Positions 53,016-62,371 of a stretch of DNA of 64,000 nt are shown here, in pieces. Source of the stretch: Chloroflexota bacterium (lineage in GTDB: Bacteria; Chloroflexota; UBA11872; VXNJ01); assembly GCA_965207915.1 (NCBI GenBank), contig OZ242304.1, forward strand, positions 92,524-156,523. The letters run 5' to 3'. Each line of letters opens with the position of its first letter. Position 1 is the first letter of the stretch. Both the position numbers and the translations under genes were made by a program. The notes beneath the pieces are model-generated. The model was not told the DNA's origin and searched no databases. It saw only the letters and a list, made by a program, of their open reading frames with translations.

Positions 53016-54005
53016 TCAGCTGGTAGTCTTCGGTTCGCCCAGCTGCAAGGCGCGCTCCAGCGCGGCTAGTTCGTCGGTAATCCAACGGCGCGAAAGCTGG
53101 GCGGCAGGGACCGCGCCGGGTGATCCGTGATAGGCCCCGGGGTAGACGTGCAACTCCACCGGCACGCCGGCCGCGCCCAGTGCCTGGGCGTAGGCTACGT
53201 CCTCGTCCAGGAAAAGGTCCAGGTCGCCGACGTTGATGTAGGCCGGCGGCAGGCCGGCGAGGTCCGTTGCGCGGGCCGGTGCGGCGTGCGCGGGAACGTT
53301 CGCGGTTCCGGCCTCGCCTTCCAGATAGGCGTCCCAGGCGGCAAGGCTCGAGGCCCGGTCCCACACCCGCGGATCGGTGACCGCGTTCGCGCTGCGGGTT
53401 GAGTTGCGATCGTCGAGCATCGGGTAGACCAGCAATTGGAAGCAGGGCCTCAGCCGGCCGCGGTCGCGCGCCAGGAGCGCCAAGGCGGCCGCCAGCAGAC
53501 CCCCGGCGCTGCCGCCGCCGACGGCGATGCGTGCGTTGTCCAGGCCCAGCTCGACAACGTTGGCAAACACCCACGCGAGTCCCGCGTAGCAGTCCTCCAG
53601 ACCGGCCGGGTAAGGATGTTCCGGTGCCAGTCGGTATTCGATTGAGGTGACCAGGATGCCCAGCTGATCGGCGATGTTGGCGCAGTAATGGTCGTTCATC
53701 TCCAGATCGCCGATCACCGTTCCGCCGCCGTGGATCCAGTAGAGCGCCGCCGATTGCATTCCCGTCCGGGGGACATAGAGGCGCAGGCGCGGATCCGGCG
53801 CTCCGGCGGGACCCGGTACGCGGCGATCGGATATCTCGACCGACGGCGGCAAGGGAGGTTGCGGCAGCGCATTGCGGTCGGCTACGAATTTGGCGCGCAC
53901 CGCCGGGATGTCGGTCCAGTCGCGCGGTTCGCGCGGCAGCGCATCGAGCACGGCGCGGTGCTCCGCGTCGAGGCGGGCGCTGATATCGATCGGCTTAACG
54001 TCCAT
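53016..54005 (-). CDS. alpha/beta hydrolase (HSL-family esterase), tandem copy B
   Basis: WIHGGGT, EYRLAPEHPYP, GGSAGG. Start at MDVKPIDIS (54005), which parallels MDIDVIDIS of copy A. Confidence 0.85.
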   Translation of the reverse strand: MDVKPIDISARLDAEHRAVLDALPREPRDWTDIPAVRAKFVADRNALPQPPLPPSVEISDRRVPGPAGAPDPRLRLYVPRTGMQSAALYWIHGGGTVIGDLEMNDHYCANIADQLGILVTSIEYRLAPEHPYPAGLEDCYAGLAWVFANVVELGLDNARIAVGGGSAGGLLAAALALLARDRGRLRPCFQLLVYPMLDDRNSTRSANAVTDPRVWDRASSLAAWDAYLEGEAGTANVPAHAAPARATDLAGLPPAYINVGDLDLFLDEDVAYAQALGAAGVPVELHVYPGAYHGSPGAVPAAQLSRRWITDELAALERALQLGEPKTTS

Positions 54006-54074
54006 CCCGATACCCTCGCGGCTAGGCTCTGCCCGGCAGTTTATGCCGGTGGCGCGCAATGGCCATTGGTCCCC

Positions 54075-55787
54075 TCACCGGCCCATCGCGTAGCCGTCGA
54101 AGCGCGGATCGGCGGCGCCCATCAGCGCCCCCGAGGCCTGGTCGATCTCGATCATCATCTCGCGTCCGGTTACCCCGGCCCAGGACTCCAGCACCCTGAC
54201 CCGGTGGCCGAGCGACGACAGGCCCCGGACCGTGTCCTCAGGGAAGCGGGCCTCGATCAGGAGTTCGTCGTCGCATTCATGCGGAATCGCCGATTCCAGC
54301 GGGCTCTGATTGTCCTTCCAGCGTGGCGCTTCCACCGCCTCGGCCACGCTCATGCCGAAATCGAGCACATGGCTGATCACCTGCAAATTGGCCTGCACCT
54401 GGGTATCGGCACCCGGGGTCCCCAGCACCAGACGCAGGCGCTTCGCGCCGTCATCGGACGGCGCGAACACCATCACCGGGTTCATGGTGTGACGGACGCG
54501 CTTGCCCGGCGCCAGGCAGTCGACGTGGTCGGGGTCCAGGTGCCAGTACGTCATTCGGTTGTTGAGCAGGATTCCGGTGTCGCCGGCGATGAGGCTCGAC
54601 CCCCAGGCGCTCTGCAGGCTCTGCAGCTGGGAAACCGCATTTCCTTCCGAATCGACCACCACGAAACAGGTCGTGTCCTCGCCGTCGGGCATCCCGCCGG
54701 CGAGCCTGGGGCGCCGCCGGGTGATTCCGGCGTCCTGGTACGCCCATGGGTCGCCTGGCGCAACTTCGCCCGCGGCCGCCTGCCGGTCTATCAAGCCGGC
54801 CCGAAAACGTGCGTATTCGCGGGAAATCAGGCCTTCGATCGGGACCTCGACGTAGTCCGGATCGGCCAGGAACGCCTCGCGGTCCACGAACGCAAGCTTC
54901 TTGGCCTCCACCATGAGGTGGATCGATTCGGCTGAGTCCCAGCGATGGGGCTCGAGATCGAACTGGTCCAGCATCGCCAGTTCCTGCAGGAGGACGTGGC
55001 CGCTGGAATTCGGCGGCGCCTCGCAGACGCGGTGGCCGCGGTAACTGGTCCAGATTGGGTCCTGCCAGCGCGCGCTGCAGGCGGCCAGGTCGCGCATCGT
55101 CAGCAGTCCGCCCTGTTCCTGGATGAAGCTCACCATCCGTTCGCCGACGGAGCCTTCATAGAAAACAGCGCGCCCGTCTTCGGCGATGGCTGCCAGGGTT
55201 TTTGCCAGGTCGCTCTGGCGCAGGATCTGGCCGGGACGCAGCGGTTCGCCGGCGTCGGCGAAGACCGCCCGCGAAGTCGGGAATTGGCACAGCAGTGGGT
55301 CGGCGGCGATCTCGCCGGCCAGATAGTGACTGACCGGAAACCCTTCGGCGGCCAGCTCGATCGCCGGCGCCAGCACCGCGCCGAGCGAAAGTCGGCCGAT
55401 CGCTTCATGCGCATCCAGCCAGCCGTGGAGCAGGGCCGGGACCGAGACCGAGAGCGCTCCTTTCTGCGGTATTCCGTCGCGGGCGTAGCGTTCGCGGGTG
55501 GCCGCCTGTCCGGCCGGACCGGTCGCGTTCACCACCCGCACCCGCCCCTCGGCCTTCGAATAAACCATGATGAAACCGTCGCCGCCGATGCCCGACATCA
55601 TCGGCTCAACCACGTTTAAGGAAGCCGCCACTGCAATCGCCGCGTCGACCGCATTGCCCCCCTGTCGCAGGATCCTGACCCCCGCCTCGGCGGCGAGCGG
55701 GTGACCGGCACAGACCATGCCCCGGCGGCCCATCACCACCGGCCGGTGCGACTCGGACACTTGTCCGTGGGGGCTATTGCGGGTCAA
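54075..55787 (-). CDS. ggt: gamma-glutamyltransferase family protein
   Basis: AVDAAIAVAASLNVVEPMMSGIGGDGF; autoprocessing/nucleophile Thr context GEDTTCFVVVDSEGNAVS. No obvious signal peptide. The start is uncertain (TTG 55787 or downstream GTG/ATG). Confidence 0.85.
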   Translation of the reverse strand: MTRNSPHGQVSESHRPVVMGRRGMVCAGHPLAAEAGVRILRQGGNAVDAAIAVAASLNVVEPMMSGIGGDGFIMVYSKAEGRVRVVNATGPAGQAATRERYARDGIPQKGALSVSVPALLHGWLDAHEAIGRLSLGAVLAPAIELAAEGFPVSHYLAGEIAADPLLCQFPTSRAVFADAGEPLRPGQILRQSDLAKTLAAIAEDGRAVFYEGSVGERMVSFIQEQGGLLTMRDLAACSARWQDPIWTSYRGHRVCEAPPNSSGHVLLQELAMLDQFDLEPHRWDSAESIHLMVEAKKLAFVDREAFLADPDYVEVPIEGLISREYARFRAGLIDRQAAAGEVAPGDPWAYQDAGITRRRPRLAGGMPDGEDTTCFVVVDSEGNAVSQLQSLQSAWGSSLIAGDTGILLNNRMTYWHLDPDHVDCLAPGKRVRHTMNPVMVFAPSDDGAKRLRLVLGTPGADTQVQANLQVISHVLDFGMSVAEAVEAPRWKDNQSPLESAIPHECDDELLIEARFPEDTVRGLSSLGHRVRVLESWAGVTGREMMIEIDQASGALMGAADPRFDGYAMGR

Positions 55788-55848
55788 TTGCCCGGCCCAA
55801 TTTCGCGGCCTCGATCGGTACTCGCGGCGCGATCACCGAGGTCGGCTT

Positions 55849-56313
55849 TCACTCCGACAACCCGTCCGCCGCCCGCAGCGGCGCGATTTCGATTTTTTCC
55901 ATTCCGAGCAGGACCTCGGTGACGCGCTCGGGGTTCCTTCCCATCAGCTCCCCGAGGCAGTCCGGCACGACCTGCCAGGAAACCCCGAACCGGTCGCGCA
56001 GCCATCCGCACGGTTGGCCGGTTCCGCCGTTGGTCAGCTCCTTCCAATACCGGTCGATCTCGGCTTGCGATTCGCAGTTGATCACGAAGGAGATCGCCGG
56101 ACTGAACCGGTACATCGGGCCGCCGTCCACGGCGGTAAATCGCCGTCCCGCGATCGCAAATTCAACCAGCGCTTGCCCGGAGGCTGGCCCGGACGATATA
56201 GGTGAAATGGAAATCAGGTCCGAATCCGGAAAAAGCGAGGTGTAAAAGCGGGCCGCCTCCACGGCATCGCCGTCGAACCAGAGGCAGGTGTGGATTTTTG
56301 AATCCAGCTTCAA
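55849..56313 (-). CDS. VOC family protein (PhnB-like / 3-demethylubiquinone-9 3-methyltransferase domain)
   Basis: IHTCLWFDGDAVEAARFYTSLFPDS and CGWLRDRFGVSWQVVP are typical of this family. Confidence 0.8.
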   Translation of the reverse strand: MKLDSKIHTCLWFDGDAVEAARFYTSLFPDSDLISISPISSGPASGQALVEFAIAGRRFTAVDGGPMYRFSPAISFVINCESQAEIDRYWKELTNGGTGQPCGWLRDRFGVSWQVVPDCLGELMGRNPERVTEVLLGMEKIEIAPLRAADGLSE

Positions 56314-56386
56314 CGATTCAACTCACGCGTCCACCGGGACCCGAGGCGGCCGGGAATCGAGCTTGGGCGATTCCAACCGGGCGGGC

Positions 56387-57280
56387 CTAGTTCCGGCCAA
56401 GTCGGTCTGAAAACGCGGCGATATCGGCGGGCGTGATCCTGCAGCAACCGCCAACCACCGTGGCGCCGTGCCCGACCCAGCGAAGGCCGGCGGCGACGAA
56501 CTGTTCGGTACCGAAATCGGCTCGATGGCGCAGCCGGGCATTCTCCCCGGCCCAGTCGTGCGGGACGTCGAATCGATTGGGGTAGCCCCCGGTCGGCTTG
56601 TCGGTCAGGGAAGCCATCTCTACGATCGCCGATTCAATCGCGTCCGGATGCGTGCAGTTGAAGAGGAATCCGTCGGTACCAATTTCGGCAAGGGCGGCCC
56701 AGGCCTCTCTCACGCTCTCGCCGCTGCGCAGCCCGAAACCGGGCCGTTCGTCCAATGTCCAAGCGACGAAGACCGGAAGCCCGCGATCCGCCGCGACCAA
56801 CTGGGCGGCCGCAACGGCGGTGACGGATTCACGGATGCTGGACATCGTCTCACAAATGTACAAATCGACGAATGGCTCCATTGCGCGGGCGAGACTTTCG
56901 TAAATCGGCCCGGCCTCGGCGGCATCGGGAACCAATTCGGCCTGATAACTCAGCGACAGCGGGGGCAGGCCTCCGGCCACCTGCACTTCCGCGTCGGCTT
57001 CGTCGGCAGCTTTGCGGGCAAGCCGACCCGCTTCGGCGGCCAGCTCAGCATAGCGGTCGGCTATCCCCGCCTTAGCCAGCCAGCCGGGAACGCAGGCGTA
57101 GCTATTGGTGATGATCATCCCCGCCCCGGCAGCGATGAAATCGCGGTGCGCGGCAACTACTGCTTCCGGCGCGTCGATCAACGCCTGCGCGGACCAGAGT
57201 CCGTCTTCGCTTTCGCTGATCGCGCCGCGCCGGACCAGTTCGGCTCCCATGCCGCCGTCCATGACGGTCACCCTAGACAT
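56387..57280 (-). CDS. homocysteine S-methyltransferase family protein
   Basis: VMDGGMGAEL, DFIAAGAGMIITNSY, and C-terminal GGCCRITPADI zinc-binding Cys pair. Confidence 0.85.
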   Translation of the reverse strand: MSRVTVMDGGMGAELVRRGAISESEDGLWSAQALIDAPEAVVAAHRDFIAAGAGMIITNSYACVPGWLAKAGIADRYAELAAEAGRLARKAADEADAEVQVAGGLPPLSLSYQAELVPDAAEAGPIYESLARAMEPFVDLYICETMSSIRESVTAVAAAQLVAADRGLPVFVAWTLDERPGFGLRSGESVREAWAALAEIGTDGFLFNCTHPDAIESAIVEMASLTDKPTGGYPNRFDVPHDWAGENARLRHRADFGTEQFVAAGLRWVGHGATVVGGCCRITPADIAAFSDRLGRN

Positions 57281-57334
57281 GCGCCCCGATTCCAGTCATC
57301 GCAATGGTTTCGTTCCCTATCGGCTGTATGTAGT

Positions 57335-57865
57335 TCAGATCCCGATCGCCATGAAGATGACCACGTTTATCACCAGCACAGGGATGGCGCCGATGACTAT
57401 TACGAAGAAGGCGCGCGCGGTCGAGTCAAAGTCAAGACACTGGCGCACCGCGACGACCATGCCGGCCAGCTGCCAGAAAAACGCGATCGCCGCAAACAAT
57501 CCACCGATTCCGGGGACGAACAAAAGCAAGTTGAGCAGACCGGGAGTCTGGGCAAACCCGGTGCCACGGGCCAGTTGCCCCCAGTCCGCATGGGTCTGCC
57601 CGGTGCGCAGGATGTATCCACCCACGATCCAGGCGACCAGCGCCCAGACGGCCCACGTGACGATCGAACGCAGCACCCCGTAGACGAGGGCTTCGGTGGC
57701 GGTCGCATCGCCGGCCAGCAGCGCTCCGACACCGCCGGCGGCCGAAACCAGCACCACCACCAAAAGCGCCGGCAGGGTCGCGCCAGTATCGTTCTCGACG
57801 TCCTCGTAGGTCGCAACCCGGAGACTTGCGGCCCCAATCATCCGGGCCAGCAGCGTTTGAAACAT
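57335..57865 (-). CDS. Yip1 family membrane protein
   Basis: A soluble N-terminus (TYEDVENDTGATLPALLVV) is followed by five hydrophobic helices. Start at MFQTLLARM. Confidence 0.7.
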   Translation of the reverse strand: MFQTLLARMIGAASLRVATYEDVENDTGATLPALLVVVLVSAAGGVGALLAGDATATEALVYGVLRSIVTWAVWALVAWIVGGYILRTGQTHADWGQLARGTGFAQTPGLLNLLLFVPGIGGLFAAIAFFWQLAGMVVAVRQCLDFDSTARAFFVIVIGAIPVLVINVVIFMAIGI

Positions 57866-58030
57866 ATTTTTCCCATCCGAGTGTGCCGGGCAGGCGCGTC
57901 CGACCCGTTCCAATGACCGCCTCCATTCTCACGTCGCGCGGGATCGGGGCCCGCGAGACCGGCTCTGATCCGCACGCACTCCGGGCGGCACCGGTAATCT
58001 TCCAGCGCGGCTACCGGCCTCGCGCGCTCG

Positions 58031-59098
58031 TCAGGACCGCGGATCGACGAAGGTGAGTATGTCGCGCGGGTTGTTTACGAAGATGTCGTCCACGAGTTCG
58101 GACGAGAATCCGCGCGCCCTCATCCGCGGGGCAATCTGGCTCAGCAAGTAGTAGTACCCGTGACCGCCGTACCGCTGGAGCCGGAATTTCGAGCAGATGT
58201 CGTGGGAAACCACGATTTTGCGGCCGTGACCCTGCGACGCCGCCCAGGCGATGTCGTCCATCCGCTTGGCGTCGCTCGGCATGTGTATGGCGGGGTTGAA
58301 CGGGTAGTGCGACTCCTCCCGGCCGAACAGGTCCCATTCCAGATAGCACCCGGACTCGGCGATCCGGGCCAGAGTATCGCGCCGGAACACGGTGCGGTCC
58401 AGGTGACCCATCACGGTCCGTCCCAGATCGGCGCCCGCTTCCTCCAGCACCGCCATGATTTCCAGCGGCGCGGCCTCGTCCCTGCCGGGGTGGATCAGCA
58501 GCGCGGCCCCGGTGATCCGCTGGGCGCCGGCGGAAGCGCGCAGCACTTTGCGTTCGTTTTTAGTCAGCGGCCACGAGCAACCTACCTCACCGATGATGCC
58601 GGAGCGGATGGCGGTTTCCTGCGCACCTTGGTAAACGTCGCGCACAATTTCTTCCCGGATGGCGGATTCGCGGCGGTGATCCATGTCGGGAGGATGGGCG
58701 GAGTCAACGTAGTACGACGACCCCATGACAACGTTTACTCCGGTTGCCCGCGAGATTTCGGCCAGTCCGCGCGGGTCGCGCGCGATGCCGACGCTGGTGG
58801 CTTCGACCAGCGACCCGCCACCGTTTTGCCGGTAAAGGTTGATTTCATCGATGGCGGTGGGAACGTCCCCCAGGATCACGTTGTCTCGGTTGGGCATGAA
58901 GTGGTGCCGGATGCGTCCGATGGTCTCGATCGAAACCGGTTTCTCCCAGAATTCGCGTTCGCCGGGTTCGGTGGGCGGGGTGTATGTTGGAGACAGGTCG
59001 ACCAGTAGGTGTTCGTGCGCCAGGGTTACGCCGAGTTCTTCGGGTTCGATTAGGCCGCGAACCGTCTGCACCTTGCCGGCAATCGACTCGTCGTTCAT
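58031..59098 (-). CDS. phosphotriesterase-related protein (amidohydrolase superfamily, PTE family)
   Basis: GVTLAHEHLLVDL (HxH metal motif) with a TIM-barrel length and order of His/Asp ligands consistent with PTE/Php. Confidence 0.85.
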   Translation of the reverse strand: MNDESIAGKVQTVRGLIEPEELGVTLAHEHLLVDLSPTYTPPTEPGEREFWEKPVSIETIGRIRHHFMPNRDNVILGDVPTAIDEINLYRQNGGGSLVEATSVGIARDPRGLAEISRATGVNVVMGSSYYVDSAHPPDMDHRRESAIREEIVRDVYQGAQETAIRSGIIGEVGCSWPLTKNERKVLRASAGAQRITGAALLIHPGRDEAAPLEIMAVLEEAGADLGRTVMGHLDRTVFRRDTLARIAESGCYLEWDLFGREESHYPFNPAIHMPSDAKRMDDIAWAASQGHGRKIVVSHDICSKFRLQRYGGHGYYYLLSQIAPRMRARGFSSELVDDIFVNNPRDILTFVDPRS

Positions 59099-59287
59099 CG
59101 AAACACCTCGAGGCTGCGGGGGCGACCCCGGCTCCGCACCACGCTCCGGCGATCACCGCTCGTTGAATCACGGGGCACCACGCAGCGTATCCGTGGCTCG
59201 GCGCGCTGTCAATCCGCCGGGGGTCCGCGCCCGGCCGGTGGTGCGGGCCGCGGAAGTCGCTTACGATTGCCACGACGGGAGGTCGAC

Positions 59288-60358
59288 ATGAGAACGCCGC
59301 GAGACCTGGATACGCCTGCGCTGTTGCTCGACCTGGATGCGCTGGAGCACAACGCCCGCCTGATGGCGACCCGGTGCACGGCGTCCGGTGTGGCCTGGCG
59401 CCCGCACGTAAAGGCGTCCAAGGCTCCGGCCCTCGCGCTGCGCCTGATCGAAGCCGGCGCGGTGGGAATCACCTGTGCCAAGGCTTCCGAGGCGCTGGTG
59501 ATGGCCCGGAGCGGCGTCCGCGACATCCTGATTGCCAACGAGGTTGTCGGTGCCGCCAAGGTGGACCGCCTGATCGAAGTGGCGCGTCTGGCCAATCTCT
59601 GCGTCGCGGCCGACGACGCGACCAACATCCGCGAGATCGCCACGGCCGCGGCTGCCGCCGGCGTCGTGGTCGACGTGCTGGTCGACGTCGACGTGAATCT
59701 CAACCGTTGCGGAGTTACCCCGGAAGAAGCGCCACCCCTGTGCGACCTGGTTGCTGAATTGCCCGGCGTCCGTCTACGCGGATTGATGGGGTACGAAGGC
59801 CATGTGATGCACATGCCCGAAGACGAGAAGGAGCGCGAGACCGCGGTATCGGCCGCGATTCTGGCGCGTGCCCGGGACCTCTGCGAGGCGTCCGGGCACA
59901 CTATCGGACTACTCTCCGGCGGCGGCAGCGGCAATTACCGGTACGTGCTCGAGCAGGGCGTATTGACCGAACTGCAGGCCGGCGGGGCAGTGCTGATGGA
60001 CGTGACCTATGAGGAGATGGGGGTTGACGGTCACCGGCGGGCGCTGAGTCTCATATCCCAGGTGGTATCGGCAGCCAATCCGCACCGCGCGGCCGCCGAC
60101 GCGGGCTGGAAAGCTTCCGGCCGCCACACCGGGCTGCCAGAGGTGATAAGTCCGCCCGGCTGGCGTTGTGCCAGGCTCAGCGCCGAGCACATGAGCCTGG
60201 CCAGAGAGGGCGGTGACCCGCTTCGGGCCGGGGACCGAATCGAGGCCATACCGCATTACTCGGACAGCACCGTCCTGCTGCACCGGACGATTTACGCGTG
60301 CCGCGGCGGGCGCGTAATTGAGGAATGGCCGATCGCCGGCGCCGGCGCGCTGCAATGA
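59288..60358 (+). CDS. DSD1-family PLP enzyme (D-threonine aldolase / D-serine dehydratase-like, alanine racemase N-terminal fold)
   Basis: DTPALLLDLDALEHNARLM, and RPHVKASKAPALA (PLP Lys). ATG 59288 preceded by GGGAGG. Confidence 0.85.
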   Translation: MRTPRDLDTPALLLDLDALEHNARLMATRCTASGVAWRPHVKASKAPALALRLIEAGAVGITCAKASEALVMARSGVRDILIANEVVGAAKVDRLIEVARLANLCVAADDATNIREIATAAAAAGVVVDVLVDVDVNLNRCGVTPEEAPPLCDLVAELPGVRLRGLMGYEGHVMHMPEDEKERETAVSAAILARARDLCEASGHTIGLLSGGGSGNYRYVLEQGVLTELQAGGAVLMDVTYEEMGVDGHRRALSLISQVVSAANPHRAAADAGWKASGRHTGLPEVISPPGWRCARLSAEHMSLAREGGDPLRAGDRIEAIPHYSDSTVLLHRTIYACRGGRVIEEWPIAGAGALQ

Positions 60359-60464
60359 CCGCCGACCACGCTCTCGCCCCGCACGCTTACCGGCCCGGCG
60401 CTGCGACCAAACTGCCCGGAGCGCCATCAAACCGGACCAAACCTAGGGCTGAAAAGGGATTCGC

Positions 60465-60884
60465 GTGAGCCAGAACAAGACCCAGAAGACCGGCGCCAGC
60501 GTTGAGGAGTTTCTGGAGTCCGTCACCAGTCCGCGACGCCGCGAGGACGGGCTCGCGGTCTTGGCGATGATGCGTGAAATCACCGGTCTCGAACCGGAAA
60601 TGTGGGGACCGAGCATCATCGGGTTCGGCGATTACCACTACAAGTACGAATCGGGTCGCGAGGGCGACTTCTTCCTGACCGGGTTTTCACCGCGCAAGCA
60701 GAGTCTCACGCTTTACATCATGAGTGGCCTCGAAGGACACGAAGACCTGCTGGAGAAACTCGGCAAGCACCGTACCGGCACGGCTTGTCTTTACATAAAC
60801 AAGCTTGCCGACGTGGACACCGACATCCTGCGGGACCTCATCCGAATCTCCTTCGAGAGCGCCCAGGCGGATCTAACGACCTGA
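60465..60884 (+). CDS. DUF1801 (YdhG-like) domain-containing protein
   Basis: 139 aa. VEEFLESV...MWGPSIIGFGDYHYKYESGREGDFFLTGFSPRKQSLTLYI is typical of DUF1801. GTG start. Confidence 0.8.
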   Translation: MSQNKTQKTGASVEEFLESVTSPRRREDGLAVLAMMREITGLEPEMWGPSIIGFGDYHYKYESGREGDFFLTGFSPRKQSLTLYIMSGLEGHEDLLEKLGKHRTGTACLYINKLADVDTDILRDLIRISFESAQADLTT

Positions 60885-60905
60885 CGCCGGCCGGCGAACT
60901 CAAAT

Positions 60906-60931
60906 CCCCGGCCCCTTCACGCGTGCCGGGG
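60906..60931 (+). terminator. hairpin after the DUF1801 gene (weak terminator candidate)
   Basis: CCCCGGC - 12-nt loop - GCCGGGG, followed by GGCGGGTTTGG. It lies between convergent stops at 60884 and 60965. Confidence 0.3.
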
Positions 60932-60964
60932 GGCGGGTTTGGATGCCGCGCCGGAAACTTGCGG

Positions 60965-62128
60965 TCAGCGCAGCCCGTCGGGCGCGAGGTCGGCGATCGA
61001 ACGGTCCAGCTCGTCCTGCTCGTCTTCGCGGGTCCGCTGCGCCGTAGCCGGCAACGGAGTGTCGAACTGGTAGCTGGGATCTTCCTGCTGGCGGTCCCAG
61101 ATGTACCACATTTCACGCCAGGCGCCGATCAGGGTACGCGGTTCGGGCACGTCGTGGGCGATCGCCTTGTGCAGCTTGCTGAGGTTGTAGCACGGGACGC
61201 CGGCGTACATGTGATGCTCCAGGTGCCAGTTCATGTGCCAGTAGATGAACTCAAGCGGCCAGGGAATCGTGATCGTGCGCACGCACTTTCGAAAGTCGGG
61301 GGTTTTGTCCATGAGTCCGCAGTGCATGGGCAGGCCGACGAAATAGGTGGCCCAATTCGCGATGAAGGGAAACAGGCTGAGGATGATCGGCAGCACCCAC
61401 TGCCCGGTAGCTATGGCAAACACGAGGATCGCGCCGTGGAATACCAGCTGCCAGCGGGCCCAGACTATCGACTTGCGGAATTCCTTCGGCTGGTCGGCGT
61501 GGATCGCCTTGAGCCATTCGTGGGACGGTATCTTCATCGGACCGTGCACGCCGAAAGCGGTGCGGACGGTGAAGATGATGGTCGACAGCAGGCCGCCCTT
61601 GGCAAGGGTCCGGCCCGGTTGGGTGAAGACGTTCACCGTAAACAGCTGCACCAGGAAAAACTTGCCGACCGTCGGTTTGAGCGGCAGCAGGACCTCGCGG
61701 TCGCCTTCGGGGTGCAGGGTGTATCGGTGGTGGAAGGTGTGGCTGACGTTGTAGTCGAAGGGGTCGTACCAGGCCAGCATGCAGAAAACGTAATTGAACC
61801 ACCGGTTTAGCCACTTGGTCCTGAACACCGATCCGTGTCCGAGTTCGTGTGGATTGGTGCCGACGAAAAAACTGCCGATCGTGCCGTGCAGGAACAGCGC
61901 GACGAAGAACCCAATCCAGATGTGCTGCCACCAGAAGAAGTAGGTCAGCGCGCCGGTGAGCGCGAAGAGCGCCAGGTGCCCGCCGGCCTGGATCCAGCCC
62001 TGCAGGTCGCTGCGCCGCGAGAGTTCCTTCAGCACCGTCCGGTCAATCGGGGACCGGTACCATTCGATCCGCAGGCTCTTGCGTACGTCGGCCAGCGGCT
62101 TGTAACCGGAATCTTCTGCCGTTGCCAT
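60965..62128 (-). CDS. membrane fatty-acid desaturase family protein, tandem copy A
   Basis: Three His boxes: HELGH, HTFHHRY and HLEHHMY. Start at MATAEDSGYKPLADV (62128). Confidence 0.85.
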   Translation of the reverse strand: MATAEDSGYKPLADVRKSLRIEWYRSPIDRTVLKELSRRSDLQGWIQAGGHLALFALTGALTYFFWWQHIWIGFFVALFLHGTIGSFFVGTNPHELGHGSVFRTKWLNRWFNYVFCMLAWYDPFDYNVSHTFHHRYTLHPEGDREVLLPLKPTVGKFFLVQLFTVNVFTQPGRTLAKGGLLSTIIFTVRTAFGVHGPMKIPSHEWLKAIHADQPKEFRKSIVWARWQLVFHGAILVFAIATGQWVLPIILSLFPFIANWATYFVGLPMHCGLMDKTPDFRKCVRTITIPWPLEFIYWHMNWHLEHHMYAGVPCYNLSKLHKAIAHDVPEPRTLIGAWREMWYIWDRQQEDPSYQFDTPLPATAQRTREDEQDELDRSIADLAPDGLR

Positions 62129-62235
62129 GTTCAATCCCGCTCCACTCAGCTCAATTGGTATCCGCATCCGCCTGGGGACCGGCCGAATCCGCAACCACCA
62201 ACACTTGGTCCCACATCCACAGTGTCGTTAAGCCA

Positions 62236-62264
62236 AATATAAATGGGTGGCGGCCACCAATGAA
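62236..62264 (-). promoter_or_regulatory. sigma70-like promoter candidate for desaturase copy A
   Basis: On the minus strand: TTCATT, 17 nt, TATATT. It lies in a locally AT-rich patch about 108 nt upstream of ATG 62128. Confidence 0.3.
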
Positions 62265-62371
62265 AGTCGCGACCGGGCCCGCGGCTGCTTGAGCCAACCG
62301 GCGCTGCCGGACGGGCTCGACCTACTTCTTCTAATCAACCACCGGGCGGGGCGCCGGCTGGCCGACCGCAA

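Noticed and set aside
54075-55787. Absence of a signal peptide on the gamma-glutamyltransferase as an anomaly.
   Set aside because: The start codon is uncertain (TTG, GTG or ATG options), and signal-less GGT-family proteins are common in bacteria. This is not unusual enough on its own.
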